Numbered from the stretch's first letter, positions 29,640 through 39,217 are shown. The stretch: 64,000 nt of DNA from Bacteroidaceae bacterium (GCA_017451695.1 JAFTNW010000003.1:18360-82359); one strand, 5' to 3'. The notes: generated by a model from the sequence alone, not told the origin. Made by a program: numbers and translations.

Positions 29640-30695
29640 TTAACACTTTTGAGGTTGAATTTTTATATCAAATGCCGATGGCTCGCGACGCAGATTATAG
29701 TTATTTCTTAAATCTTCAAAGCTTTGCGGGTTTGCTTTAAGAGTTGCCGAATCCCATTTCGGGGAATAAATCTTCAACAATGCCGAAGAAAGGGATGATG
29801 CAACCACCTGAGGTACCTCGGGTGCAGGCAGGGAAAGAGACGGCAACCGATCCACGCAACCGAAGAAATCGGCAAAGGCACGCAGCACCATATTCGTAGC
29901 ATTCATTTTTCCCTCGGCCGAATAACCGGCAATATGCGGGGTGCCTATATATACCTTATTTAATAGGGAAAGATTTATATCGGGCTCACCCTCCCAAACA
30001 TCGAGGACAACGTCGAGCGCTGGGTTACGCTCCATAGCCTTCAACAATGCGTTGTTATCCACCACCGGGCCACGCGATGCGTTTATGAACAGAGAACACC
30101 TTTTCATTTGCACAAAGAAGGCCTCATCGGCCAAATGATAGCTGGGAAAGAGGCCGCTCTTGCTGAGTGTAGGATGAAAGGTTATAATATCGCACTCCTT
30201 AGCAATCACGTCCAACGATACAAAACCCTCCTCCCCACGCGATGCACGAGGGGGGTCGTTCAGCAACAGCCGCAGCCCTGCGCTACGGGCCCATTGCGCC
30301 ACACGCGAACCAATCTCGCCTACACCTACAATACCAAGTGTAAGCCCCTCAATCCCATGCCCGCGCTCGGCAGCCCACTCATACACAACCGCTTGCACAT
30401 ATTGCAAAACCGCGTCGGCATTGCAACCCGCAGCGTTGGTCCATTTTACACCATTGCAGGCGCAGTAATCGCTGTCGATATGGTCATAACCTATTGTGGC
30501 TGTACCGATAAAACGCACCGCCGTGCCTGCAAGCAACGACGCATTACACATTGTGCGGGTGCGCACAAACAGAGCCTCAGCATCGCGCAAATGAGCATTT
30601 GTTATTGCAACGCCCGGCAGGGATACAACCTCGTTACCCATGCCTGCAAGCGCATCTGCGATGTAGGGGATTTTCTCATCAATAACAATTTTCAT
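29640..30695 (-). CDS. pdxB: 4-phosphoerythronate dehydrogenase
   Basis: 351 aa. PdxB-like N-terminus MKIVIDEKIPYI, the NAD fold LGIVGVGEIGSRVA, D-2-hydroxyacid dehydrogenase catalytic residues (SRG...E...TPHIAGYS) and a PdxB-type C-terminal dimerisation tail. ATG 30695. Confidence 0.75.
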   Translation of the reverse strand: MKIVIDEKIPYIADALAGMGNEVVSLPGVAITNAHLRDAEALFVRTRTMCNASLLAGTAVRFIGTATIGYDHIDSDYCACNGVKWTNAAGCNADAVLQYVQAVVYEWAAERGHGIEGLTLGIVGVGEIGSRVAQWARSAGLRLLLNDPPRASRGEEGFVSLDVIAKECDIITFHPTLSKSGLFPSYHLADEAFFVQMKRCSLFINASRGPVVDNNALLKAMERNPALDVVLDVWEGEPDINLSLLNKVYIGTPHIAGYSAEGKMNATNMVLRAFADFFGCVDRLPSLSLPAPEVPQVVASSLSSALLKIYSPKWDSATLKANPQSFEDLRNNYNLRREPSAFDIKIQPQKC

Positions 30696-30853
30696 CTTTT
30701 TATTTTCAGTAAATATCCACAAATGTAAGAAATAGTGCGAAAAGAAGGCAACCATCAGGTCTTTTTTTTTACAGAGCAGATTGTGCGAAATGGGGGATTT
30801 ACCCCTCAAAGCCACACCTTATTAAATAAATAAAGGAACTTTTCAGCCAAAGT

Positions 30854-30885
30854 TTTGCCTATATCACAAAGTTTCGTTAGTTTTG
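30854..30885 (+). promoter_or_regulatory. Bacteroides-type promoter (-33 TTTG, -7 TAgtTTTG) for the DUF4254/GT9/methyltransferase operon
   Basis: TTTG at 30854-30857 and TAgtTTTG at 30878-30885 with a 20-nt spacer, 77 nt upstream of ATG 30962. Confidence 0.45.
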
Positions 30886-30961
30886 CCTTTGGAACTTCCC
30901 ATATTGGAATTTCTGCACACTAAAAAAAAACAGAATTATTATTGACTTTAACAATATTATT

Positions 30962-31576
30962 ATGAAAAAGTTTACAGAAATGAGCTGGCCCATTTTCAAT
31001 CAGGCCATTGAGGACTATCACAAGACAGACAATGTAGATACCCCGATAAACAACCCCTATCCCGTTAAAACCATCGAGTACTATCTATACTTGAAATGCT
31101 GGATCGATACCGTGCAGTGGCATTTTGAGGACATCATCCGCGACCCGAACATTGACCCCGTGGAGGCACTCACACTCAAACGCCGCATCGACAAGTCGAA
31201 TCAGGACCGTACAGACCTCGTGGAGCTCATCGACAGCTATTTCCTCGACCTTTACAAGGATGTAAAGCCCGCAGCAGATGCAACCATCAACACCGAGAGC
31301 CCCGCTTGGGCTGTTGACCGCTACTCCATCCTCTCGCTCAAGATTTACCACATGAAGGAGGAGGTGAGCCGCACAGATGTAGATGCCGAGCATCTTGCAA
31401 AGTGCCAAGCAAAACTCGACGTGCTCTTGGAACAATACAAGGATATGACAACCTCGATAGGTCAGTTGCTTGAGGACATTGAGGCAGGCCGCAAATACAT
31501 GAAAGTATATCGTCAGATGAAGATGTATAACGACCCCGCCCTTAACCCCGTACTCTATGGCGCAGGAAAGAAATAA
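30962..31576 (+). CDS. DUF4254-like protein (unknown function, partner of GT9 genes in Bacteroidota)
   Basis: 204 aa, soluble and helical. It overlaps the downstream GT9 gene by 20 nt. The family assignment is from memory of the conserved WHFEDIIR / DRYSILSLKIYH blocks. Confidence 0.45.
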   Translation: MKKFTEMSWPIFNQAIEDYHKTDNVDTPINNPYPVKTIEYYLYLKCWIDTVQWHFEDIIRDPNIDPVEALTLKRRIDKSNQDRTDLVELIDSYFLDLYKDVKPAADATINTESPAWAVDRYSILSLKIYHMKEEVSRTDVDAEHLAKCQAKLDVLLEQYKDMTTSIGQLLEDIEAGRKYMKVYRQMKMYNDPALNPVLYGAGKK

Positions 31577-32615
31577 CAACACCCCGCGCACAACACTTAT
31601 AACCCGATTTTCTGCGGTAGGCGATATAGCAATGACCATCCCATTGCTATATTCGCTTGCACGCACATACCCCAACGACAAATTCATCTTTGTGAGCCGC
31701 GAGAGGTTCGGGCAATTCTTCATCGACAAGCCCGAAAACCTCCTTTTCATCGGGATAAATCTAGACAATTACAAGGGGCTGACAGGGCTGTATAAGCTAT
31801 ACAAGAAACTTAACGAATACAAGCCCGACTTTGTGGCAGACCTACACGATGTTCTGCGCACAAAAATCCTGCGTACCTATTTCCTTATGCTGTCGGGAGC
31901 AAAGGTGGCCAACATTATCAAGGGACGCAGCGAGAAAAAGAAACTCACCCGCAGCAAAAACAAAATACAGGCGCAGTTGAAGAGCACCTTCGAACGCTAC
32001 CGCGATGTATTCACACGCCTTGGTTTCCCATTCACACCATCGTTCACATCACTGTTTAACGGCGGCAAAGGCGACATAAGCGAGTTCAGCGGCATAATCC
32101 CGCCAAAAGGCAATAATAAATGGGTGGGCGTGGCCCCATTTGCCGCACACAACGGGAAAATCTACCCGCTCGACAAAATGGAGCAGGTAATCGCCCTACT
32201 GTCAAAAGAGCCCGATGTGGAGATTTTCTGTTTCGGTAACGGGCCAAAAGAGGAGGCTGTGGTAAACGATTGGTGCAGCAAATACCCGCATGTAAATTCT
32301 TTCCTCGGGCGCACCAATTTCAATGGAGAACTACGCCTTATAAGCCACTTGGACGCAATGATTTGCATGGATTCAGCCAACATGCACATGGCATCGCTTG
32401 CCGGCACACCCGCCATTTCGGTGTGGGGAGCCACATCGCCTCTCGCTGGTTTCTTGGGCTGGAACCAAAAAAGCGAGGATTGTGTGGAATTGCCACTACC
32501 CTGCCGCCCCTGTTCCATCTTCGGCAACAAGCCATGCATGTATGGCGATTTCCGTTGCATGAACATAGCACCCGAGCTCATCGCCCGTAAAGTCCTTGAA
32601 AAAATTGGCAAATAA
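31557..32615 (+). CDS. Glycosyltransferase family 9 (LPS heptosyltransferase-like)
   Basis: GT9 N-terminus LITRFSAVGDIAMTIPLLYSL, then VGVAPFAAHNGKIYP and DSANMHMASLAGTPAISVWG. Confidence 0.8.
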   Translation: MAQERNNNTPRTTLITRFSAVGDIAMTIPLLYSLARTYPNDKFIFVSRERFGQFFIDKPENLLFIGINLDNYKGLTGLYKLYKKLNEYKPDFVADLHDVLRTKILRTYFLMLSGAKVANIIKGRSEKKKLTRSKNKIQAQLKSTFERYRDVFTRLGFPFTPSFTSLFNGGKGDISEFSGIIPPKGNNKWVGVAPFAAHNGKIYPLDKMEQVIALLSKEPDVEIFCFGNGPKEEAVVNDWCSKYPHVNSFLGRTNFNGELRLISHLDAMICMDSANMHMASLAGTPAISVWGATSPLAGFLGWNQKSEDCVELPLPCRPCSIFGNKPCMYGDFRCMNIAPELIARKVLEKIGK

Positions 32616-32618
32616 CGC

Positions 32619-33347
32619 ATGAACAACACCATAGCAAAGGAGAAAGACCCCATGGGGCACGCCATTGCCGACTACCACAAAACAGGCAAAGCCGGCAAAT
32701 TAAGAGTATTATCCTCAATGTTCTACGAGGACGAGATACCCGTGCCAACGCTGTTCAGAACATTCTCCCAAATGCCGCCACAAGAGCAGGCCGCCATAGA
32801 AAAATGCCGCGGCAGGGTGCTTGATGTGGGTGCAGGTGCCGGTTGCCATAGCATCGAGCTGCAAAAACGCGGGCACCAAGTGCTTGCGATTGACATATCG
32901 GAACTATCGGTACAAGTAATGAAGGAGCGCGGATTGGATGCCCGCCTTGTAAATTTCTTCGATGAGACATTTACCGACAAATTTGATACCATTCTGCTGG
33001 CCATGAACGGAATAGGCATTGTGGGAAGGGCGGAAAACCTGCCCCGCTTTTTCCAAAGTGCCAAGCGCCTGCTTGCGCCGGGTGGACAAATCCTCCTCGA
33101 CTCCTCCGACATTCGTTACATCTTCATGAACGAGGATGGCTCAATGGATATAAATCTTGCAGCAGGGTATTACGGCGAGGTGGACTACAAAATGCGCTAC
33201 CGCAACATCACCGGGGAGCCTTTTGATTGGCTATACATAGATTTCGACACCCTCTCGATGTATGCCAACGAAAGCGGCTTCGATTGTGAAAAATGCACCG
33301 ACGGAGAGCATTACAACTACCTCGCAAAACTCACAATCAAGAAATAA
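32619..33347 (+). CDS. Class I SAM-dependent methyltransferase
   Basis: Motif I VLDVGAGAGCHSIEL, post-I LAIDIS, and motif II-like FDTILLAMNG. Confidence 0.8.
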   Translation: MNNTIAKEKDPMGHAIADYHKTGKAGKLRVLSSMFYEDEIPVPTLFRTFSQMPPQEQAAIEKCRGRVLDVGAGAGCHSIELQKRGHQVLAIDISELSVQVMKERGLDARLVNFFDETFTDKFDTILLAMNGIGIVGRAENLPRFFQSAKRLLAPGGQILLDSSDIRYIFMNEDGSMDINLAAGYYGEVDYKMRYRNITGEPFDWLYIDFDTLSMYANESGFDCEKCTDGEHYNYLAKLTIKK

Positions 33348-33583
33348 AAGCCACCTCATTTGCCACAAAAAGCGGGCTCACAGCAAAATATTGCAAACAA
33401 TAATTTGTTTATTCACATCACATTTACTACCTTCGCAACAATAAAGTTGCTATGATATAACACGCGCGCGTGCACGGGTACGAGGCACCGCATGCCACTC
33501 CACACCTTTGGCACAGAGCAAATACACAGATTCTGTCCACACAAAAAGGGAATCAATGCAACTTATTTCACAAACCGCTATAA

Positions 33584-33608
33584 CTCAATGCGTTGCACAC
33601 GCATTGAG
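33584..33608 (+). promoter_or_regulatory. Hairpin in the presumed 5' leader of the capsule operon
   Basis: A 9-bp perfect stem ctcaatgcg/cgcattgag with a 7-nt loop, 42 nt upstream of the upxY ATG. Confidence 0.3.
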
Positions 33609-33649
33609 GAGCCAAAGATACGCCTTGTTACAAACAAGCGACAAAAAAA

Positions 33650-34198
33650 ATGAGCAACAGCAACGACGATAACAAAACAGTTTGGTTCGCAATGAGCGCC
33701 CCCTATCGCCGCGAGTTGAAAGCAAAAGAACACCTTACCGCACTGGGCATAGAGTCGTTTGTACCCATGACAAAAGCCCTCGTAGAGCGAGGAGGCGTAA
33801 AAAAGCGCCAAATAATACCCGCGATACACAATCTCATATTCGTACACACCACAAAAGAGATTATCAAAAGTGCAAAACAGCGCATCGACTATCTGCAATA
33901 CCGCACACGCCCATTCAACGGCAAAAACCTCCCCATCACAGTACCCGACAAGGAGATGGAGCAGTTCATTGCCGTCAGCAACGCACGAATTGAGGATATC
34001 ACATACATCCAACCGGGCGAGATTGATATTGAAAAGGGGACAAAAGTGCGCATACATGGTGGCACGTTCGATGGCACAGAAGGCATTTACATAAAATTAA
34101 AGGGCAAACGCAACCGCCGTGTAGTGGTACTTATAGAGGGGCTCGCCGCTGTTGCCATCAATGCCGAGATATCACCCGATTACATTGAAATTCTATAA
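33650..34198 (+). CDS. upxY: UpxY family (NusG-like) capsule-operon transcription antiterminator
   Basis: 182 aa. NGN-like N-terminus WFAMSAPYRRELKAKEHLTALGIESFVPM and a KOW segment GTKVRIHGGTFDGTEGIYI. It is the first gene of the polysaccharide locus. Confidence 0.85.
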   Translation: MSNSNDDNKTVWFAMSAPYRRELKAKEHLTALGIESFVPMTKALVERGGVKKRQIIPAIHNLIFVHTTKEIIKSAKQRIDYLQYRTRPFNGKNLPITVPDKEMEQFIAVSNARIEDITYIQPGEIDIEKGTKVRIHGGTFDGTEGIYIKLKGKRNRRVVVLIEGLAAVAINAEISPDYIEIL

Positions 34199-34212
34199 AA
34201 ACATACACCGAC

Positions 34213-35007
34213 ATGAAAAAAATCTTATCACTGTTATTTGCGGCAGCACTCTTTACAAGCTGCGCATCTACAAAAAAAGTAACCTATTTCCAGGATTTAC
34301 AGAACGGCGACACAAAAACCATAACCGCCCCGGTTAAAAAGATTAAAATGCAGGCAGGCGACAAAATCTCCATTGTCGTAAACAGCAAGACACCCGAGTT
34401 CGTTACACGTTATAACCTCGTTACACCCAGCCGCACTTTCGGTTCCGAGGGCACAGGAGGCGCCAGTGGCGCAGTTTCTGCATACACCATCGACAGCTAT
34501 GGATGCATAGATTTCCCCGAAATGGGTAAAATACCTGTAGAGGGCAAGACACGCGAGGAGATTGCCACCTACATAAAAGAGCAATTGATAGAAAGAAAGC
34601 TTGTGCTCGACCCCTATGTAACCGTCGAGTATGTAAACCAGCAGTTCTCGGTACTTGGTGAGGTAAACCGCCCGGGCAAGTTAAGCATCGACAAAGACTA
34701 TATAACAATACTCGATGCCATAGCCATGGCCGGCGATTTGAAAATAGAGGGAACACGTACCGATGTTACTGTTTTGCGCCAGGAGGGCGACACACAAAAG
34801 ATATACGAGATAGACCTCACATCGGGTGAGGCTATATATTCGTCGCCCGCATTCTACCTGCAACAGAACGACATAGTATATGTCAAGCCCAACACCAAGC
34901 GTGCAGGCCAGGCCGATATAAACAGCAACACATTGCGCTCCACATCGTTCTGGATGTCGCTGGCATCGTTTGTAATGGCACTCGTAACATTAATCGACAA
35001 GAAATAG
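34213..35007 (+). CDS. wza: Polysaccharide export outer-membrane lipoprotein (Wza/BexD family)
   Basis: Lipobox LFTSCAS. Poly_export block YKIQAGDKISIVV-like (MQAGDKISIVVNS) and an SLBB-like segment FSVLGEVNRPG. Confidence 0.85.
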   Translation: MKKILSLLFAAALFTSCASTKKVTYFQDLQNGDTKTITAPVKKIKMQAGDKISIVVNSKTPEFVTRYNLVTPSRTFGSEGTGGASGAVSAYTIDSYGCIDFPEMGKIPVEGKTREEIATYIKEQLIERKLVLDPYVTVEYVNQQFSVLGEVNRPGKLSIDKDYITILDAIAMAGDLKIEGTRTDVTVLRQEGDTQKIYEIDLTSGEAIYSSPAFYLQQNDIVYVKPNTKRAGQADINSNTLRSTSFWMSLASFVMALVTLIDKK

Positions 35008-35082
35008 GCCCATACAGCCGCCGACGGAGAATATTTACGGCCGCTCATACAAAGCCCCAAACATCAAATAACAGACAAAACA

Positions 35083-37488
35083 ATGGCAAAAAAGAACAGA
35101 AGGCAGCAAAACGACAACTCCCTGCCCATAATAGACTTGCTGTACTTATGCATCGGTAATTGGCATTGGTATGCAGTTTCGCTATTCGTAACACTTACCA
35201 TTGCCGTGCTATACATACTTATGACACCCCCGGTGTATGTGAGCTACGTGTCGTTGCTCATTAAGGACGACAGCAACACCCGCACAAGTTCTTCCAACTC
35301 ATTCACCGCATTCAGCGACAATCACCGCAGCAATGCCGAAGAGGAATTAAGAGCCATGCGCTCGCCGGCAATAATGACTGAGGTCATCAAAAGGCTCAAC
35401 CTTGATGTATGCTACACCGGCGAAGGCCGTTTCCACGACCCCGTTATTTATGGCCAAGGGCTGCCCGCAAAAGTTAAACTACTTGATTTGAATAAAAACG
35501 ACGATGCCGGCTTTACAATGAACCTGCAAGAAGACGGCACACTCTGCATGTGGGGTTTTAAGAAGAATGGATTTCAATACGATGGTTTCAAAAGAGCCAC
35601 CGATGGAGACACCATAGAAAGCCCCATCGGGCGCATTGCTGTAACCTTTACCGAGTACGCTACATATAACCGCAACAAGAACATACAGGTTACACGCACC
35701 GGCATAAACAAAACCATCGAGAATTTCTACTCGCGCTTTAGCGCATCGTTTGAGAACGAGAACACCACAATTGCCAATCTGCGCATAAGGGATGTTTCCA
35801 CATATCGTGGACGCGACATTTTGGGAACCATGATCGACATCTACAATGAGCGATGGATGGCCAATAAGAACCAAATAGCAATAAGCACCGACAGCTTTCT
35901 TAACGAGCGAATCTCGCTGCTGCAACAGGAATTGTGGCAACTCGATGGGCAAGCCGCATCATATACTACAGGCAATGCGCAGAATATAAAGTCCGATGAT
36001 GGTTCCATATTGTCAGAAATAAAAGAGGCCGAGAAGCAGATTCTATCGCTTAACAACCAGCGAGAGGTAGTGCAATATCTCATAAACATCCTGCGCGAAG
36101 AAAAGAAACTGTTGCTCCCCGGAAACATAGGACTTGAGAACGTAAACATAAAATCCCTTGTAACCGATTACAATCAAGCCATGTTGCGCCGCAACGCCAT
36201 AGCCCAGAACAGCAGCGACGAAAATCCGCTTGTAAAGGAGTATGACAGCCGCCTCGAAAAACTCAAAAAGAGCATTATTGCAGCCGCCAACAACGAGATA
36301 GAGAGCCTCAACTCGCAAATAAGGCTCACCCGCAAAACAGAGGTCAAGAACGACCATGCGCTTGCCACAAGCCCCGAATTAGCCAAGAAGAAGCAGAACA
36401 TAGAGCGTCAATTAAAGGTAAAAAATTCCCTCTACCTCTTCCTGTTGCAAAAACGCGAAGAGAACGAATTGTCCAAGGAATACACCGCCAGCAACACGCG
36501 CATAATATCGGCCCCATCAAGTTCATACATACCTATTGCCCCCTTGAAGAAAAATGCAATAACGATGGCGCTTGCAATAGGCCTGTTGCTGCCCACCGCC
36601 ATCATCTTCTTCAAAGAGATAAGCAACAACAAGATACGCGGGCGCAAGGACCTTGAAGGGATAGATATACCTTTTGTGGGCGAAATCCCCATGCACATCC
36701 CCGATGACCGTAAGGAGGCACGCAAAGCCTTGCGCGGCGAGGGGGCAAAAACAATTCTTGTGAAGCATGGCAGCCGCGACATAATAAACGAAGCCTTCCG
36801 TGTGCTGCGCACCAATCTGCAGTTCATTGCCAAGCAGAAGGAGGGATGCAATGTGGTTGTACTCACATCATTCAACCCCGGCAGCGGAAAAACATTCCTC
36901 ACTATGAACATTGCAGCCAGCCTCTCGCTTAAAGGCGAAAAGGTGCTTGTCATAGACGGAGATATGCGCCACGGCTCCACATCGGCATATATTTCATCGC
37001 CCAAAACAGGAATAAGCAACTACTTGAGCAAGGAGATTGACGATATATCCACAGCCATAGTGGAGTACGAGGGATACGAGAACCTGCACGTACTGCCCGT
37101 GGGTACAATACCTCCAAACCCCACCGAACTGCTGCACGAAAAGCGTTTCGGCGAACTAATCAATGAACTTCGCAACCAATACTCATACATCCTCATCGAC
37201 TGCCCCCCTGTTGATATCGTTGCCGACACACAAATTATTGAGTATTTTGCCGACCGCACCCTCTTTGTCGTGCGCACCGGCCTGCTTGCCCGCAACATGC
37301 TCGACGAATTGGAGAACATCCACGAGGAAAAACGCCTTAAAAACCTTGCCATTATACTCAACGGCACATACAGCCATGGTGGATACTACAAATATGGCTA
37401 CCGCTACGGTTACCGCTACAGCTATCGTTACGGATACCGCTACGGATACCATGGCGATAAAAAAGGGATAAAGGGAAAGAAAAAATGA
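35083..37488 (+). CDS. wzc: Polysaccharide co-polymerase / BY-family tyrosine autokinase (Wzc/GumC type)
   Basis: 801 aa. An N-terminal Wzz domain with TM helices and a coiled-coil periplasmic region. Walker A SFNPGSGKTFLTMNIA, Walker A' VLVIDGDMRH, Walker B ILIDCPP. C-terminal Tyr cluster GGYYKYGYRYGYRYSYRYGYRYGYH. Confidence 0.9.
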   Translation: MAKKNRRQQNDNSLPIIDLLYLCIGNWHWYAVSLFVTLTIAVLYILMTPPVYVSYVSLLIKDDSNTRTSSSNSFTAFSDNHRSNAEEELRAMRSPAIMTEVIKRLNLDVCYTGEGRFHDPVIYGQGLPAKVKLLDLNKNDDAGFTMNLQEDGTLCMWGFKKNGFQYDGFKRATDGDTIESPIGRIAVTFTEYATYNRNKNIQVTRTGINKTIENFYSRFSASFENENTTIANLRIRDVSTYRGRDILGTMIDIYNERWMANKNQIAISTDSFLNERISLLQQELWQLDGQAASYTTGNAQNIKSDDGSILSEIKEAEKQILSLNNQREVVQYLINILREEKKLLLPGNIGLENVNIKSLVTDYNQAMLRRNAIAQNSSDENPLVKEYDSRLEKLKKSIIAAANNEIESLNSQIRLTRKTEVKNDHALATSPELAKKKQNIERQLKVKNSLYLFLLQKREENELSKEYTASNTRIISAPSSSYIPIAPLKKNAITMALAIGLLLPTAIIFFKEISNNKIRGRKDLEGIDIPFVGEIPMHIPDDRKEARKALRGEGAKTILVKHGSRDIINEAFRVLRTNLQFIAKQKEGCNVVVLTSFNPGSGKTFLTMNIAASLSLKGEKVLVIDGDMRHGSTSAYISSPKTGISNYLSKEIDDISTAIVEYEGYENLHVLPVGTIPPNPTELLHEKRFGELINELRNQYSYILIDCPPVDIVADTQIIEYFADRTLFVVRTGLLARNMLDELENIHEEKRLKNLAIILNGTYSHGGYYKYGYRYGYRYSYRYGYRYGYHGDKKGIKGKKK
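37399..37446 (+). repeat. Four tandem 12-nt repeats (TAYCGNTACRGN) encoding (YRYG/S)x4 of the Wzc tyrosine cluster
   Basis: taccgctacggt / taccgctacagc / tatcgttacgga / taccgctacgga, in frame with wzc. Confidence 0.85.
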
Positions 37489-37495
37489 AAAAAAG

Positions 37496-38485
37496 ATGAA
37501 AGAAAGAGCATCTAACATTGAACTTTTGCGTATAATTGCCATGACATTTATTGTCATATGGCACATCTCCATACATGCACAAAAAGGTGAGGCTGCTACA
37601 CACGATTTCATCACAGCCACTACTACCACCGGTGTAAACCTCTTTCTTCTAATCACCGGATATTTCGGGCTGAAGTTACGATGGAAATCATACCTCAACA
37701 TCATTGCTATGGTAATATTTTATTCATTATTATCCATAGTAATAAACTACTACGTTTTTGGCTATCAACCAAGCATAAAAGATGTATTCAAGGCCGTAAA
37801 CCCATTTGGTATTACAGCTTATTGGTTTGTCGATTATTATATAATTCTACTATTATTAAGCCCCATACTCAATATTATAAAAGATAGAGCTACTAATAAA
37901 GAGTACATATACTTAATAGGCATTCTTGTATATCTAAGCTGTATTATCGGTCTGTTGTTTGGACGCACGATCAACAAAAACGGATATTGTATTATGCAAT
38001 TTATTACCATATATTACATTGGAGATGCAATAAAAAGATTTAAGCTCACAAATAGAATTAGCAACAAATATCTTATTGCTATTTATATCGCTTCCACTTT
38101 TATACTATATATTGGCGGTATATTCAACATCCCCGGGAGAGCGGCCTATAACAACCCTATACTTATGGCAGCTGCAATATCCCTCTTTTGTATTGTAGCA
38201 AAAATGCAATTTGCGAGTAAGCATATAAACTCTTACGCAAAATGCATGTTTCCGGTATATTTGATACACGAAGGGTTGTTTGGTAAAAACATATACTATT
38301 TATTGTATGAAATTGGTGCTAAGCAAAATTACTACAGCCACGAATATGCTCTATCGCTTTTATTTTATATCGTGGTCCTATTCGTCGGAGCTGCAATAAT
38401 TGAAAATATTAGGCGCGCCATAATGGATAAGCCCATAGAAATGTTATGCAATTTCTTAAATAAGAGAATTAACATATTCCCCTAA
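37496..38485 (+). CDS. AT3 family membrane O-acyltransferase
   Basis: 329 aa, polytopic. AT3 N-terminal signature SNIELLRIIAMTFIVIWH. Confidence 0.75.
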   Translation: MKERASNIELLRIIAMTFIVIWHISIHAQKGEAATHDFITATTTTGVNLFLLITGYFGLKLRWKSYLNIIAMVIFYSLLSIVINYYVFGYQPSIKDVFKAVNPFGITAYWFVDYYIILLLLSPILNIIKDRATNKEYIYLIGILVYLSCIIGLLFGRTINKNGYCIMQFITIYYIGDAIKRFKLTNRISNKYLIAIYIASTFILYIGGIFNIPGRAAYNNPILMAAAISLFCIVAKMQFASKHINSYAKCMFPVYLIHEGLFGKNIYYLLYEIGAKQNYYSHEYALSLLFYIVVLFVGAAIIENIRRAIMDKPIEMLCNFLNKRINIFP

Positions 38486-38497
38486 CCCATTTAAATT

Positions 38498-39214
38498 ATG
38501 TGGCCCTTCAGCAAAAAAGCAACCATAGCTCAAATCAAATTGCTTGCAGATGGCACCGATTACCACTCGCACATACTGCCGGGGGTGGACGACGGCATAA
38601 GTAGCATGGATGAGGCATTGCAAGCACTGCAATCATTTTCAGACATGGGCATTAAAGAGTTGTGGCTCACGCCACATATAATGGAGGATTTCCCCCACAC
38701 CCCCGCAAGCCTGCAAACGCGATACACGGCCCTGTGCAATGAATATAAAGGCCCTATTACCCTGCACCTTGCAGCCGAATATATGATTGACAACCTTTTT
38801 GACGAATTATTGGACGAGGGCGATCTGCTACCAATTGGCGAGGGAGGCAATCATCTGCTTGTTGAGACATCATATTTCACACCACCCATTCACTTGGAAG
38901 ACACGTTGCAACGCATAAAATCAAAAGGGTATTATCCGTTGCTGGCACATCCCGAGCGGTACATATACATGGAAAACAAGAAATACCGTGAACTCCACGA
39001 AAACGGCATCCGCTTTCAACTGAACATGGTTTCGCTTGCAGGTGGCTATGGCCACACAGCACAAAAAAAGGCCATGTGGCTGTTAAAAAACAATATGTAC
39101 ACTGTTGCTGGCAGCGACCTCCACAGCGTTGATGCTTTGGAGATAATAAACAGCATACCGCTTGATAAGAACACACACGGCATGATGCAGAAACTCTTAC
39201 ACATTAATATATAG
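38498..39214 (+). CDS. PHP-family (CpsB/Wzh/Php1-like) metal-dependent protein-tyrosine phosphatase
   Basis: 238 aa. N-terminal metal motif DYHSHILPGVDDG, then LTPHIM, LLAHPERY and GSDLHS. Confidence 0.85.
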   Translation: MWPFSKKATIAQIKLLADGTDYHSHILPGVDDGISSMDEALQALQSFSDMGIKELWLTPHIMEDFPHTPASLQTRYTALCNEYKGPITLHLAAEYMIDNLFDELLDEGDLLPIGEGGNHLLVETSYFTPPIHLEDTLQRIKSKGYYPLLAHPERYIYMENKKYRELHENGIRFQLNMVSLAGGYGHTAQKKAMWLLKNNMYTVAGSDLHSVDALEIINSIPLDKNTHGMMQKLLHINI

Positions 39215-39217
39215 GAT

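Noticed and set aside
30762-30930. A T9 run (30762-30770) and an A9 run (30922-30930) in the divergent pdxB / DUF4254 intergenic region.
   Set aside because: They are probably just AT-rich promoter or UTR DNA. Neither sits in the spacer of the predicted promoter, which lies between them.
33348-33649. An invertible (Mpi/Tsr-type) promoter upstream of upxY.
   Set aside because: I could find no flanking inverted repeat pair or ARACGTWCGT-like core by eye. A by-eye search cannot exclude imperfect repeats.
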